A model generated the notes under the pieces. That model made no database searches and was not told the DNA's origin. It saw only the letters and a list, made by a program, of their open reading frames with translations. 64,000 nucleotides of DNA from Candidatus Dojkabacteria bacterium (lineage in GTDB: Bacteria > Patescibacteriota > Dojkabacteria > SC72): contig JAGPFQ010000001.1 of NCBI GenBank assembly GCA_018056375.1, positions 432,448 to 496,447 of the forward strand, written 5' to 3'. Position numbers and translations under genes: made by a program. Shown piece after piece: positions 1 to 10,403 of the stretch (positions are counted from its first letter, which is position 1; each line of letters starts with the position of its first letter).

Positions 1-501
1 CTTTACGATGTCACCACTCCCAACACACACAGAGTATTTGCAAATGCTAAAGAAATTACTGATGTAGATTTGGAAGATTTTGCATACAGGAATTCTAAGT
101 TTCCCAGAGAGGCTACTTCTGCCATTATCAAATATCTAGAATCTTTAACAATTGAGAAAGATATGGCATACATGTTTGTAAGTAGAGAAGATTTAGAGAA
201 CAATGAAGAGTTAAAGAAAGGAGCAAGCACAGCACAAAGTTTCTTGAGAGATAAATATCTCCGCTTTATACAAGGTGTTCACTGGGGCTTTATCATAAAA
301 CCAGACATGAATATCGATGATATTTGGTTTGTTTCATTTAGAAGTACAAAGGGCTATCAGGATGTGAAGATAATTGCAGAAGAATTAGGTGGAGGTGGTC
401 ATACATACTCTGCAGGTGTACAAATCAAAGCAAAATCATTAGATGACATATTGAATAAAATTTTAAAGGTGTGTAGAAAACATTTGGACAATAATAAATA
501 A
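1..501 (+). CDS. DHH/DHHA1-family phosphoesterase, C-terminal part (NrnA-like oligoribonuclease/pAp phosphatase); 5' end lies outside the window
   Basis: Frame is open from position 1. The GGGGH motif is typical of the DHHA1 domain. The ORF ends at 501. Confidence 0.6.
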   Translation, partial: LYDVTTPNTHRVFANAKEITDVDLEDFAYRNSKFPREATSAIIKYLESLTIEKDMAYMFVSREDLENNEELKKGASTAQSFLRDKYLRFIQGVHWGFIIKPDMNIDDIWFVSFRSTKGYQDVKIIAEELGGGGHTYSAGVQIKAKSLDDILNKILKVCRKHLDNNK

Positions 502-592
502 GGTTACCTCATCAGTTTGTATTTATACAGTAAGGACTATAGATGTTTTTTAGCAGATTTTTAATATACTAGAGGTTAAACAAAATTACACT

Positions 593-1405
593 TTAGCTAC
601 TAGCACTAGAATATTTCTTTACATTCCATTTCCAAAACAGGTTAGCAATAAAAATAAGTAGCATTGATATACCTAACCCTACTAATACAAAACCATAACT
701 AAATTCTCCTCTAATGATATTTGCAGGAACAGTAGTTAGAAACGCAATTGGTATAACAGTATAAAAAACAAAACCCAAAGAACTACCAAAAACATCCATA
801 GGATACTTAGTTAATCCAAGAAGTTCCTTAGCTATTGAAAGAATCCCATTTCTAGGATTTGAAATAGTAAAACTAGCAAAGAAAAGATATATAGCATACC
901 AAATAAGTAATGCCACACAGATTGCCAATATACCAACAAGAACATCCAACAATTGTATATTCCCCCACTCTACAATTATGTAATAGGTAATTAATATAAA
1001 ACCTGATATTGCAGTAATGAAGTTTGTAATGAAGAAATCTGAAAATGAAGCATACCAAGATGAAGAGAGAGGTTTGAGAAGAATAAAATCAAACTTTCCC
1101 TCAATAACTTTAGATTCCAAATACAAAAGATTCGTAGAAAAAACCGACCAACCAAGATAGTTAAGAACATTCCAAATACCAATAACTAAATATGTCTCTG
1201 ACTTATTCCATCCTGCATACACTTCACTCTTACCAAATAGTATATTCAACAAGCCAATCTGTATTCCAACAACAAGAAGAGTCCTAAGAATTCTTACAAA
1301 TATATCTGTTTTGTAAAGATAACTTCGTTTAAGACCACCTTTAAAAACATGCCTCCATACATTCCAATAATATTTTATCCCCCTACTATATTCCCTCTGC
1401 CTCAT
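593..1405 (-). CDS. ABC-2 family transporter permease (PF06182-like)
   Basis: Polytopic membrane protein with a 'FDFILLKPL' motif. It is paired with a second similar permease immediately upstream. Confidence 0.6.
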   Translation of the reverse strand: MRQREYSRGIKYYWNVWRHVFKGGLKRSYLYKTDIFVRILRTLLVVGIQIGLLNILFGKSEVYAGWNKSETYLVIGIWNVLNYLGWSVFSTNLLYLESKVIEGKFDFILLKPLSSSWYASFSDFFITNFITAISGFILITYYIIVEWGNIQLLDVLVGILAICVALLIWYAIYLFFASFTISNPRNGILSIAKELLGLTKYPMDVFGSSLGFVFYTVIPIAFLTTVPANIIRGEFSYGFVLVGLGISMLLIFIANLFWKWNVKKYSSASS

Positions 1406-2150
1406 ATCTCTTAATAGCTTTTTTGTAAATTAATTTGTAATAAAAACATAATACTGTCAGCCACATAATCCCTATAAAAAAACCAAACAACATATCTTTG
1501 ATTTCAATATCACCAATAAATACCTCAACAGGAAATGACAGTGTATATCTAAAAGGTAGAAGAATGAAAAATTTTCTTGCCATACCTGAAATGAAAGCTA
1601 GAGGTATGAATTCACCAGAGAGAAGTGATGCCACATTGTAAAAAAATATTCTAATACTATCCATCTCTTTAATCTTAATAGCAGCTAATGCAATAATATT
1701 CCCCATTAAAAAACTAATAGAAAAACCAATAACAATTGCAACTAATCCAAGAAGAATAGAAAGAAGATTAAAGTCCATTATCCAAAGATTACTCTTCCAT
1801 GCAATTAATATTCCTAAAAGAAATGCAGGAAGGAAAAGTATAACTCTTAAAACATTACCTCCAATATTAATACCTAGATATTCTAAAAGATAGTTAAATG
1901 GTTTAATTAGGAAGTTAGAAAACCTACCATCTAATATATTCCTAACTCCATGCTCTACTGTATAGTCTGAAGTAAATTTACTAACAAGCATAATTAGAAT
2001 GTAATATGTCACAACATATCCTTGCTCGACATTACCATTAACTTTTGCAGAAGTGAGCCAGATAAAACAGAGACCTAGTATCTTAAGAATATCTGCAAGA
2101 ATCCAAGCAACCATTTGCCCTCTGTACTGAAACTCTCTAGAGAAATACAT
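1386..2150 (-). CDS. ABC-2 family transporter permease, paralog of 593..1405. The ORF is open to 2207; an internal Met at about 2150 avoids overlap with the upstream gene.
   Basis: Hydrophobic multi-TM protein with the same architecture as its neighbour. No ATPase partner is present nearby. Confidence 0.5.
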   Translation of the reverse strand: MYFSREFQYRGQMVAWILADILKILGLCFIWLTSAKVNGNVEQGYVVTYYILIMLVSKFTSDYTVEHGVRNILDGRFSNFLIKPFNYLLEYLGINIGGNVLRVILFLPAFLLGILIAWKSNLWIMDFNLLSILLGLVAIVIGFSISFLMGNIIALAAIKIKEMDSIRIFFYNVASLLSGEFIPLAFISGMARKFFILLPFRYTLSFPVEVFIGDIEIKDMLFGFFIGIMWLTVLCFYYKLIYKKAIKRYEAEGI

Positions 2151-2160
2151 CTGTATCTCC

Positions 2161-2556
2161 CTACTTAGTATCTTTCTGTTTTTGTTCTTTTTTTGTTTTA
2201 ATTTCATCTTCTAATTGTTTTACTTTCCACATAAATAGTCTAGATTTACTCTCTGCATTTGGATAGTCAGATACAAAACTTAAGGCTGTTTCTAGTATCG
2301 CTCTGGGCTTGGTTTTTGCCCATTTGATATACATAGTTAACCTCTTTTTATCATCTAACTTACCTGCTAATCTTAAACCATAACTTTGATATTCTGTAGA
2401 TACATACTTCCCTTTATCTCCAAAGAGTTTCCTAGGATTTGTTTCTAATGTGTCTAAATCAAAGAGTTTAGATTGTATCTCTTTTTCATCTTTTTTCTTT
2501 TTTTCTTTTGGGATAGTTTTTTTAAGTTGTGAGAGTATATCTTTAATTGAATCCAT
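2161..2556 (-). CDS. hypothetical basic protein (131 aa)
   Basis: ORF only. Lys/Glu-rich with no recognisable motif. Confidence 0.35.
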   Translation of the reverse strand: MDSIKDILSQLKKTIPKEKKKKDEKEIQSKLFDLDTLETNPRKLFGDKGKYVSTEYQSYGLRLAGKLDDKKRLTMYIKWAKTKPRAILETALSFVSDYPNAESKSRLFMWKVKQLEDEIKTKKEQKQKDTK

Positions 2557-2675
2557 ATATAATTATATCATTTATATAGAAATTCTTAGATTTGATAAAT
2601 AGATAAAAATCGGTGGATTAGAAAAATAAAAAAACTAGAAACTACCTGAAGAGAGCTTCTTAAAATTTAATAACT

Positions 2676-3311
2676 TTATAACAACTCCTGAATACTCTCA
2701 TAACTTAATTCTAAATCAAAAAACTTCTCAAAAGTTTCTTTAAACACTCTTTCTCCCCTAACATTAGGTAATAGTTTGATAAACTTCAAAACCTTCTCTT
2801 TTCCAAACTTCTTAATCAAACCCTCTACTACAAACCCAGACTCTTCATACACACCTGCTCCTCCTTGTGAATAATAATTAAGAAATTTACTTAACTTCTT
2901 TGGTCTCTTCTTAGTAGCTAACTGACCAGATGAATATATTGCAAAACCCTCACTTAACCATACTGGATAATTATTTTTAGCAAATATATTGTAGAAAAGA
3001 TGACTGAATTCATGTTTTACAAGAGAGAAATACTCATCATCCGAATACTTATGGATACTCTCTTTCTCATAACTCTCTGGAGATAACATAAGAACACCAT
3101 TTTCAAAAGCAGATGCTACAACCCAAGGTTCTGTCTTAAAACCGTTCAACTTATCATAATCTTCTCTACTATCAACAAGATAAATAAAAGGAGTATTCTT
3201 GTTCCAATTAAGCTGGTAGAACTCACTTAACTCTTCCATTGCTTTCTTGTAGAAAGAATCTATCTTTTTACTATTAGATTTTTGAAATTGAAGTTTAAAA
3301 ACTTTTGACAT
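2676..3311 (-). CDS. putative gluzincin-type zinc metallopeptidase-like protein
   Basis: HEFSH (HExxH) motif followed about 20 residues later by EGFA (third-ligand Glu). No signal peptide. Confidence 0.4.
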   Translation of the reverse strand: MSKVFKLQFQKSNSKKIDSFYKKAMEELSEFYQLNWNKNTPFIYLVDSREDYDKLNGFKTEPWVVASAFENGVLMLSPESYEKESIHKYSDDEYFSLVKHEFSHLFYNIFAKNNYPVWLSEGFAIYSSGQLATKKRPKKLSKFLNYYSQGGAGVYEESGFVVEGLIKKFGKEKVLKFIKLLPNVRGERVFKETFEKFFDLELSYESIQELL

Positions 3312-3325
3312 AGCTTTTTTAGAAA

Positions 3326-4861
3326 CTACTTCTTTTTCTTCTTTGTGTCCTCAAACTTTACTTTATCTTTGTAGATTTCCTTAGTTAGGTTCTCAACCTC
3401 TATCCTCATCTGTGGGAAGAATGTTCCCTCTCTTGCAGTAACATCTTCCATAAACCAGAATATTCTTTCACTATGACCATATCCACTAACAGGTGGCATA
3501 CCGTACTCCAACATCTCCACAAAATCTATATCCAACATATGTGCTTCCTCATCCCCACTCTCTCTTAATGCTTGTTGCTCCAAAAACCTCTCTAATTGAT
3601 CCTGAGGGTCATTAATCTCTGTATATCCGTTACCTAACTCACTACCTGCTATAATCACCTGGAATCTCTGTGTTAGTTCTTCATTATCCTCATGTGATTT
3701 AGCTAATGGTGAAATGAACTTAGGTTGATTAACAAGAAATGCTGGTCCTGATATCTTAGTCCTAATATCCTTCCAAAGAGTATCAATCATTCTATTCCTA
3801 TTCACCTCCCCACCCATCTCAATATTATTCTTTTTTATTACATCTAATATTTTTTCATCACTATCCTTGAAAATATCAATTCCAAAGTGATCTTTAATTG
3901 TCGTTGCATAGTCTATCTCTTTCCATTCATCTGCTAAATCAAACTTATGCCCTCTTGTTTCAAATTCTGTCTTTCCATACACTTTCTTTGCAATCTCTAA
4001 GAATAGTTCTCTTACCAACTTCATGTTATCTTTGTAATCAGCATATGCCCAATACCATTCAATATCATAGAATTCTTGAAGATGTTCATCATCCATACCT
4101 TCATTTCTAAAATGTGGACCAAAGGTATATATCTTTTCAAAACCGGCACCTATTAATCTCTTTTGATACAATTCAGTTGAAATTCTAAGATAGAATTCTT
4201 GATCAAGTGCATTATGATGTGTAATAAATGGTCGTGCATCTGCTCCTCCTGTTACTGGTTCCATAATGGGAACTTCAACTTCCATAAATCCTTCTTTTCT
4301 CAAGAAATCTCTCTGTACTTGCCAAAACTTAGCCTTTCTCTCAAACAATCTCATCTTGTCTGGATGAATGACTAAGTCTAAATATCTCCTTCTAAACTTC
4401 TGCTCCTTACTCTTAAGTTCTCTAGGAATTGGTCTAATTGCTTTAGAAAGCAATCGAATATGTTTTGCCATAATGGTAATCTGTCCTGTCTTGGACTTAC
4501 CAATAGTTCCATATACCTCGACAAAATCAGCTAAATCCAAAAGTGAAAGATGTTCCCAACCCAAATACCCTTTCTTCAAATCCTCAACCAAATTATCTTG
4601 CTTGATCATTATCTGAATATTCCCAGATTGATCCCTTATATCACCAAAAACCAACTTTCCATGTTCTCTCCATGCCATAACTCGGCCTACCAAACATGTT
4701 TCTTTACCCTCATATTTTTCAAAAGAATCAACCACATCCCCTATCTTGTCTTTCCTATGCGTTTTTGCAGGATATGGGTCAATCCCCAACTCTCTAAGTT
4801 TCTTTACTTTCTCAATCCTGACATTTCTTTGTCCAATTAAATCACTTGTAATATCTTCCAT
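3326..4861 (-). CDS. lysS: lysyl-tRNA synthetase, class II
   Basis: N-terminal OB anticodon-binding region and class II core with FRNEG (motif 2). Length of 511 aa is typical. Confidence 0.9.
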   Translation of the reverse strand: MEDITSDLIGQRNVRIEKVKKLRELGIDPYPAKTHRKDKIGDVVDSFEKYEGKETCLVGRVMAWREHGKLVFGDIRDQSGNIQIMIKQDNLVEDLKKGYLGWEHLSLLDLADFVEVYGTIGKSKTGQITIMAKHIRLLSKAIRPIPRELKSKEQKFRRRYLDLVIHPDKMRLFERKAKFWQVQRDFLRKEGFMEVEVPIMEPVTGGADARPFITHHNALDQEFYLRISTELYQKRLIGAGFEKIYTFGPHFRNEGMDDEHLQEFYDIEWYWAYADYKDNMKLVRELFLEIAKKVYGKTEFETRGHKFDLADEWKEIDYATTIKDHFGIDIFKDSDEKILDVIKKNNIEMGGEVNRNRMIDTLWKDIRTKISGPAFLVNQPKFISPLAKSHEDNEELTQRFQVIIAGSELGNGYTEINDPQDQLERFLEQQALRESGDEEAHMLDIDFVEMLEYGMPPVSGYGHSERIFWFMEDVTAREGTFFPQMRIEVENLTKEIYKDKVKFEDTKKKKK

Positions 4862-4990
4862 AGAACTAAATATTTGAAATGAATTTCTAGATTATATCAT
4901 AATATATTGATACGGTCTGCAAATTTCCACTTATCACACAAGCAAAATTCCCTTTTTTGCAGAAATGTATATATTTATACAAAACACACC

Positions 4991-5956
4991 TTATTCATGG
5001 ATTAAGATAAGGTCTCCTTTCTCAAAGTTTTCATAAAGCCATTTAGCATCATCAAACATCATTCTAATACAACCAGCACTCTGTCTAGTTCCTATATTTC
5101 TAGCTGGTTCATACCACTTAGTACCATCTTCATTGTATCCCCAAATCAAAGCATGAAGACCATACCAAGAATCTTGTTTCTTGCTATAGTAGAAAGCCAT
5201 CCAGTAAGGCATATATTTACCTCCTGGAGCAATAGGTTCTCTACCCTTATCAACTATTGGGAAAACTCCATATACTTGATATCCATATACAGGTCCAGAC
5301 AATGCTATCTCTTTGATTATGTCTCCTTCCTCCCAAACATATAATCTCTGCTGTGAATTATCTATTTCAATATATTTATCTGCATACTTTCCATCCGTAC
5401 CTGCTGTTATTTTATAATCTAACTCTATCTTAATATTGTTTATTCCAGCTAAATATGCACTATTAACCTTATCAAAAAGAGAATCATAATTAATTACCTC
5501 ATCTTCAACTCTAGCTAAAAATTCTCCCTTACTATTCTTTACAACAACCTTTTTTCCATACTTTGATTCAAAATATGGACGAACATTAGTTTCTATATAC
5601 TTCTCAAAATTATACTTATCTAACTCCTCCCCTATTACCAAACTTCTAAAATCATCATTAAAAAGATTCCTACACAGATCTTTTAAGCAAATAGATAATG
5701 AATATACCTTATCTCCCACAACAACTTTTCCTACATCTTTAAGATCAGAGGTAGATATAGGGTTTTCTTTATCTTCCAAAAAAACACTTTCTACCTCTTT
5801 ACTCTGCGTACCTAATACTCTTCCCGGATTTTTTATTGTTTGAGATAGGAAAAAAAAGACAGAGATTGGAACAGCAATTAACCAAATAAAAACCACTGTG
5901 ATAAGATGATTTAATGGTATTACAATTTCTCTTAAGGTTCTTTCTTGCTTCTTCAT
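4991..5956 (-). CDS. L,D-transpeptidase (YkuD domain) with N-terminal membrane anchor
   Basis: N-terminal TM segment. C-terminal YkuD catalytic region '...HALIWGY...RQSAGCIRM...' with catalytic Cys. Confidence 0.75.
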   Translation of the reverse strand: MKKQERTLREIVIPLNHLITVVFIWLIAVPISVFFFLSQTIKNPGRVLGTQSKEVESVFLEDKENPISTSDLKDVGKVVVGDKVYSLSICLKDLCRNLFNDDFRSLVIGEELDKYNFEKYIETNVRPYFESKYGKKVVVKNSKGEFLARVEDEVINYDSLFDKVNSAYLAGINNIKIELDYKITAGTDGKYADKYIEIDNSQQRLYVWEEGDIIKEIALSGPVYGYQVYGVFPIVDKGREPIAPGGKYMPYWMAFYYSKKQDSWYGLHALIWGYNEDGTKWYEPARNIGTRQSAGCIRMMFDDAKWLYENFEKGDLILIHE

Positions 5957-6053
5957 AACTATTTAAAATATATTTGAAAGAGAGATTGATTGCAAGAGAG
6001 ATAGTATACAAAAGATATAAAACTAGTTGGTTTAGTTAAATGTTTAATATATA

Positions 6054-7358
6054 ATGGTACTCATGGAAAACAAAAATACTCTTGATAATATAGTTGCCCT
6101 TTGTAAGAGGAGAGGAATAATATATCCAAATTCTGAAATATATGGTGGTATAGGAGGCTTCTATGATTACGGTCCTGTGGGTGTTGAGATGTTGAATAAT
6201 CTTAAGAGGTATTGGTGGAAGAATATGGTTGATAAAAGAGAGAATGTAGTTGGAATTGATGGGACAATCATTACACATCCTAAGGTTTGGGAAGCATCTG
6301 GACATGTAGATAATTTTGGTGATGAGGTTGTAGAGTGTAAAGGTTGTCACCAGAGATTCAGACCAGAAGACATTGAAGATAAATGTCCTAATTGTGGTAA
6401 GAAAGAATTTACTGAACCTAGGTCATATAATCTTCTCTTTGTTACAGAAGTTGGTGTGATTGAAGGTTCTAAAGTAAAAGCATATCTAAGAGGTGAAGCA
6501 TGTCAGAATATATATTTGGACTTTAAGAATGTTGTAGATAGTACAAGGCAACAGATTCCTTTTGGTATTGCACAGATAGGTAAAGCATTTAGAAATGAGA
6601 TTACTCCTGGAAGATTTACATTTAGAGTGAGAGAGTTTGAACAGTGGGATTTACAATTCTTTGTACACCCTAATGATATGGGGAAATATTTTGAATATTG
6701 GAAAGAAGAAAGAATGAAGTTCTACAAAGAACTTTACCGAAAACATGAAAACCTTAGATTCTATCAACATCCTAAAGACAAGTTAGCCTTCTATGCTAAA
6801 GATGCATACGATATTGAATATTTGGCTCCTTGGGGATGGGCTGAGAATGAAGGTATACATTGGAGAGGTGACTATGATTTAACTCAACATATGAAGTTCT
6901 CAGGAACAGATTTAACATATACTGATCCAATTACAAATGAAAAATACATTCCTAACATTGTAGAGACCTCCGGTGGTGTTACTAGAACATTTCTTTACCT
7001 ACTCGTTGATGCATATGAGGAGGAAGATTTAGGTGAAGGAAATATGAGGACTGTACTAAAGATACACAAAGATATTGCTGCATACAGAGCTGCAATATTT
7101 CCACTTGTTGGAAACAAGGAAGACATTGTTAAGAAAGCTAGAGAAGTATTTGATCTACTAGCTGATTCTCATAAAGTTGTATGGGATGGAAGAGGAAATA
7201 TTGGAAAGAGATATAGATATCAGGATGAAATAGGTACACCATACTGCATAACTGTAGATTATGAGACATTAGAAAATGATACAGTTACTGTAAGAGATAG
7301 AGATACGATGAAACAGGAAAGAGTAAAGACAGAAGATTTAAATCTATATATCTCTTAG
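6054..7358 (+). CDS. glyQS: glycyl-tRNA synthetase (alpha2 class II type)
   Basis: N-terminus 'IYPNSEIYGGIGGFYDYGPVG' is characteristic of dimeric GlyRS. Class II motifs are present. Confidence 0.85.
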   Translation: MVLMENKNTLDNIVALCKRRGIIYPNSEIYGGIGGFYDYGPVGVEMLNNLKRYWWKNMVDKRENVVGIDGTIITHPKVWEASGHVDNFGDEVVECKGCHQRFRPEDIEDKCPNCGKKEFTEPRSYNLLFVTEVGVIEGSKVKAYLRGEACQNIYLDFKNVVDSTRQQIPFGIAQIGKAFRNEITPGRFTFRVREFEQWDLQFFVHPNDMGKYFEYWKEERMKFYKELYRKHENLRFYQHPKDKLAFYAKDAYDIEYLAPWGWAENEGIHWRGDYDLTQHMKFSGTDLTYTDPITNEKYIPNIVETSGGVTRTFLYLLVDAYEEEDLGEGNMRTVLKIHKDIAAYRAAIFPLVGNKEDIVKKAREVFDLLADSHKVVWDGRGNIGKRYRYQDEIGTPYCITVDYETLENDTVTVRDRDTMKQERVKTEDLNLYIS

Positions 7359-7819
7359 TCTATTTTCACAATCTCGTAAGTCACTGGTTTCTCACCAATA
7401 TTAACATCTACCTTGTCTCCTTTCTTCTTCCCCAAAAGAGATTTGCCAACAGGTGATATGTCAGAAATCTTGTTTTCAAGAGGATCAGCTTCAACATCTG
7501 ATACTATTGTATACTTCATAGTCTTCCCTTTTACCTTTACTGTAACTTCAGAACCAACCCCTATTTTGTTTTTAGCTTTAGTCTTTTTAAGAACCTCTGC
7601 ATGTGATAAAGTGTCATTTGTTTCTGCAATTTTCTGTTCAACTTTTTGTAGTTCCGTAACAACAGCATTTATAGAATCTGTATCCTCACTTACATCATGT
7701 AATCTTGCCTGTTCTAAATGTTCTCCTAAATCTTTTTTTCTTACTATCAATTCCTTCAATCGCTCTTTAAGAGATTGAAATTTTTCTGCAGTTATTGATA
7801 TCTTATTGCTCATATCCAT
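7355..7819 (-). CDS. greA: transcription elongation factor GreA
   Basis: 154 aa. N-terminal coiled coil plus C-terminal FKBP-like domain with 'SPVGKSLLGKKKGDKV'. Confidence 0.8.
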   Translation of the reverse strand: MDMSNKISITAEKFQSLKERLKELIVRKKDLGEHLEQARLHDVSEDTDSINAVVTELQKVEQKIAETNDTLSHAEVLKKTKAKNKIGVGSEVTVKVKGKTMKYTIVSDVEADPLENKISDISPVGKSLLGKKKGDKVDVNIGEKPVTYEIVKID

Positions 7820-7870
7820 ATTTATTTAAATTTAAATGTACTAAGGACAGAAATTAGAACTGCATAGATA

Positions 7871-8518
7871 TTATACCATTTTCTTGTTCGTTTTTCGGTA
7901 TCTCTCTATTTCCTTATGATTACCGGACAAAAGAACATCAGGAACTTTCCAACCATTAAAATCTTCTGGTTTTGTGTACTGAGGATACTCTAGAGAATTG
8001 TCATTGAAAGTCTCTTCTTCTAAGGATAATTCATTGCCTAACACTCCTGGTATCAACCTTGTAATCCCATCTATTAATACTAGAGCAGGAAGTTCTCCTC
8101 CAGAAAGCACATACTCTCCTACTGAGAATTCATAGTCTACCAGATGGTCATGTATTCTTTGATCAAAACCTTCATATCTCCCACAGAGAATTATCATATG
8201 TAAGTCTTTTTCTTTAGAGAACTCTACTAGTTTCTTTTGTTTTAATTGTTCTCCCTTTGGTGTGGTAATTGCAACTAAAGTGTTTTTCTTTTTTAATTCC
8301 TTTATGGCATTGTATATTGGTTCTATCTTCATTATCATTCCTGGACCACCTCCATATGGTGTATCGTCTACTGTTTTGTGTTTATCAGTAGTCCATTTTC
8401 TTAGGTCATGAACATTAATTTCAACAAGACCTTTTTCTCTTGCTATTCTTATTATTCCTGTATTTATATATTCCTCTATTGTTTTAGGAAATATTGTTAT
8501 TATATCGAATTTTGTCAT
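7871..8518 (-). CDS. trmD: tRNA (guanine37-N1)-methyltransferase
   Basis: 'DIITIFP...' N-terminus and SPOUT TrmD motifs (YGGGPGM). Confidence 0.85.
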   Translation of the reverse strand: MTKFDIITIFPKTIEEYINTGIIRIAREKGLVEINVHDLRKWTTDKHKTVDDTPYGGGPGMIMKIEPIYNAIKELKKKNTLVAITTPKGEQLKQKKLVEFSKEKDLHMIILCGRYEGFDQRIHDHLVDYEFSVGEYVLSGGELPALVLIDGITRLIPGVLGNELSLEEETFNDNSLEYPQYTKPEDFNGWKVPDVLLSGNHKEIERYRKTNKKMV

Positions 8519-9129
8519 TTTGAAACCTTTTTAATATGAAATATTAACCATTTCTCTCCCTCCCTATCTATTATATCCCCTTCTAAAACTTCAAAATTTA
8601 CTAGATTTAGTAAATCTTCAAATTCTTCCTTTTGGAAATACGAATAGTGTCTTCCTGTTTTTTCATCCACTTTCTCACCTATCCCTTCTTTCAGGGTGAT
8701 AAAACCAATGCCTCCATCTTTCAGTACTAATGATATACATTTTAATGCATCGACCATTTCATCTTTAGGAATATGTAATAGCACAGCAGTAGCCCAGAAT
8801 CCGTGAAATTTACCAAGAGTTAAATCGAGTTCTTGTACTGGTTTATTAAGAAAAACAGCATTAGGATTTCTTTCCTTTGCTATTTTAAGAAGTTCTTTAG
8901 ATGCATCAGTTCCTACATAGTTATAACCTAGATTTATGAGGGATTCTGCATCCTTACCTGCACCAGCACCTATCTCTAAAACTCTACCTTTTGGGAGATA
9001 TTTATGAAATATTTCCATTTGATCTTTCCACCAAGATTCTTTTTCATATCCTCCGTGAGAAGACACCCATTCTTGAGCATGGTTATTATAGTATGCAATT
9101 GTTTGAGTTTTGATATCCTGTTTTGTCAT
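8515..9129 (-). CDS. class I SAM-dependent methyltransferase
   Basis: 'VLEIGAGAGKD' motif I. Has a 4-nt overlap with trmD. Confidence 0.7.
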   Translation of the reverse strand: MTKQDIKTQTIAYYNNHAQEWVSSHGGYEKESWWKDQMEIFHKYLPKGRVLEIGAGAGKDAESLINLGYNYVGTDASKELLKIAKERNPNAVFLNKPVQELDLTLGKFHGFWATAVLLHIPKDEMVDALKCISLVLKDGGIGFITLKEGIGEKVDEKTGRHYSYFQKEEFEDLLNLVNFEVLEGDIIDREGEKWLIFHIKKVSK

Positions 9130-9152
9130 AGTGTATTATACTATTTTTACAC

Positions 9153-9764
9153 CTATATTATCCCCAACGCTATTGTTAAAATTCCTAGTACTGCATGACT
9201 AATACTAACTCCTAACAAATTCTTTGTCTTTCCATATACTGTATACCATATGATTCCAATAACCAGAGTAATTAGTAAAAGAAAGATATCTTTGTAAATA
9301 ATATGAACAAATGAATAGAGTACAGAAGATAGTATTAAAGCTACTACAGGAGAGAAGAGTTTCTTTGTCTCAAAATATTTAAAAACACTTCTATACAAAA
9401 ATTCTTGTACAGGAGAAGATATGAAGAGGTAGAAGAGATAGAAGTATATTGTTTCTGTAGGATTAAATCTTTGGAAACCGAATGTTCTTAGTACTATTGT
9501 TATTACAATCAGCAGCAAAGTAAAAGGTATAATATCTTTTATAGATTCTTTCCATTTATTCTTTGTTATTCCTAATTCTGCATTTGTTACTCCTGTTAGT
9601 CTAAAGGTAAGATATATTAAAATTCCTATTATCACTAAAAACAGAAATTTATATTTGAAAAATAGTGGGTTTAAAAGTATGAGAATAGGTGTAAGGATGT
9701 AGGTTAATAGGATTATTATAAATCTTATTATATCTTTCTTTTTAACATTGTTTTTATGTGACAT
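9153..9764 (-). CDS. CPBP (CAAX/Abi) family intramembrane metalloprotease
   Basis: Multi-TM protein. 'QEFLYR' (EExxxR-like) and 'SFVH' (FxxxH) motifs. Confidence 0.5.
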   Translation of the reverse strand: MSHKNNVKKKDIIRFIIILLTYILTPILILLNPLFFKYKFLFLVIIGILIYLTFRLTGVTNAELGITKNKWKESIKDIIPFTLLLIVITIVLRTFGFQRFNPTETIYFYLFYLFISSPVQEFLYRSVFKYFETKKLFSPVVALILSSVLYSFVHIIYKDIFLLLITLVIGIIWYTVYGKTKNLLGVSISHAVLGILTIALGII

Positions 9765-9782
9765 ATATCTTCGATAATTATA

Positions 9783-10403
9783 CTATTTCCTACTTACAAA
9801 CATACTATCTTCTAAATACCATCTCCAAGGTACATCTTTAAACTCTTCTGCATAATCAATACCTATTCTAGTTGTTTTAACAATATCCTTTTCCTCAACC
9901 TTAAAACCATCATCTATTAAAAATAGTTCAGCATCCTTACTACAAAAATCAATACCATTCAAAGATTTAGTAATATTCATAGCTTGTGTAAATTTACCAG
10001 GACCATTTGTAAGAGATTTTAAATCTTCCATACCTCTTCTCGCTTTCATAATATCAATACCATACATTGGTTCTATTGCTCGTATTAAAATAGCACCAGG
10101 TACACCTTTTTTACCAATAACAACATTCAAAAGATGATGTGTATGAACAGTATAGATATATGCATGTCCACCTATTCCAAATTGAACTTCTGTTCTAAAT
10201 GTTCTCTTGTTAAGGTATGTATGCGATCCTTTGTCTTCTCCTCCAGGATATGCCTCTACTTCTACAATTCGTCCTCCTGTAATAATATCTCCTTCTTGAT
10301 GGATTAAGACCTTACCTAATGTATCTCTAAGTACAACAAATATATCTTGAAGATAGAAATCTCGTTTAAGAATATCTCCTTTAAACTTACCAACTACCAC
10401 TCG
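9783..10403 (-). CDS. mpg: DNA-3-methyladenine glycosylase (Mpg/AAG family)
   Basis: 'VEVEAYPGGEDKGSHTY...GHAYIYTVHTHH...PGAILIRAIEP' motifs. The ORF track extends to 10508, but that N-terminus overlaps the upstream gene. A GTG at about 10403, overlapping the upstream stop, is the more likely start. Confidence 0.75.
   Translation of the reverse strand, partial: RVVVGKFKGDILKRDFYLQDIFVVLRDTLGKVLIHQEGDIITGGRIVEVEAYPGGEDKGSHTYLNKRTFRTEVQFGIGGHAYIYTVHTHHLLNVVIGKKGVPGAILIRAIEPMYGIDIMKARRGMEDLKSLTNGPGKFTQAMNITKSLNGIDFCSKDAELFLIDDGFKVEEKDIVKTTRIGIDYAEEFKDVPWRWYLEDSMFVSRK

Noticed and set aside
4940-4975. Hairpin GCAAAA...TTTTGC between the L,D-transpeptidase gene and lysS
   Set aside because: The stem is short and AT-rich with no convincing U-tract, so it was not called as a terminator.
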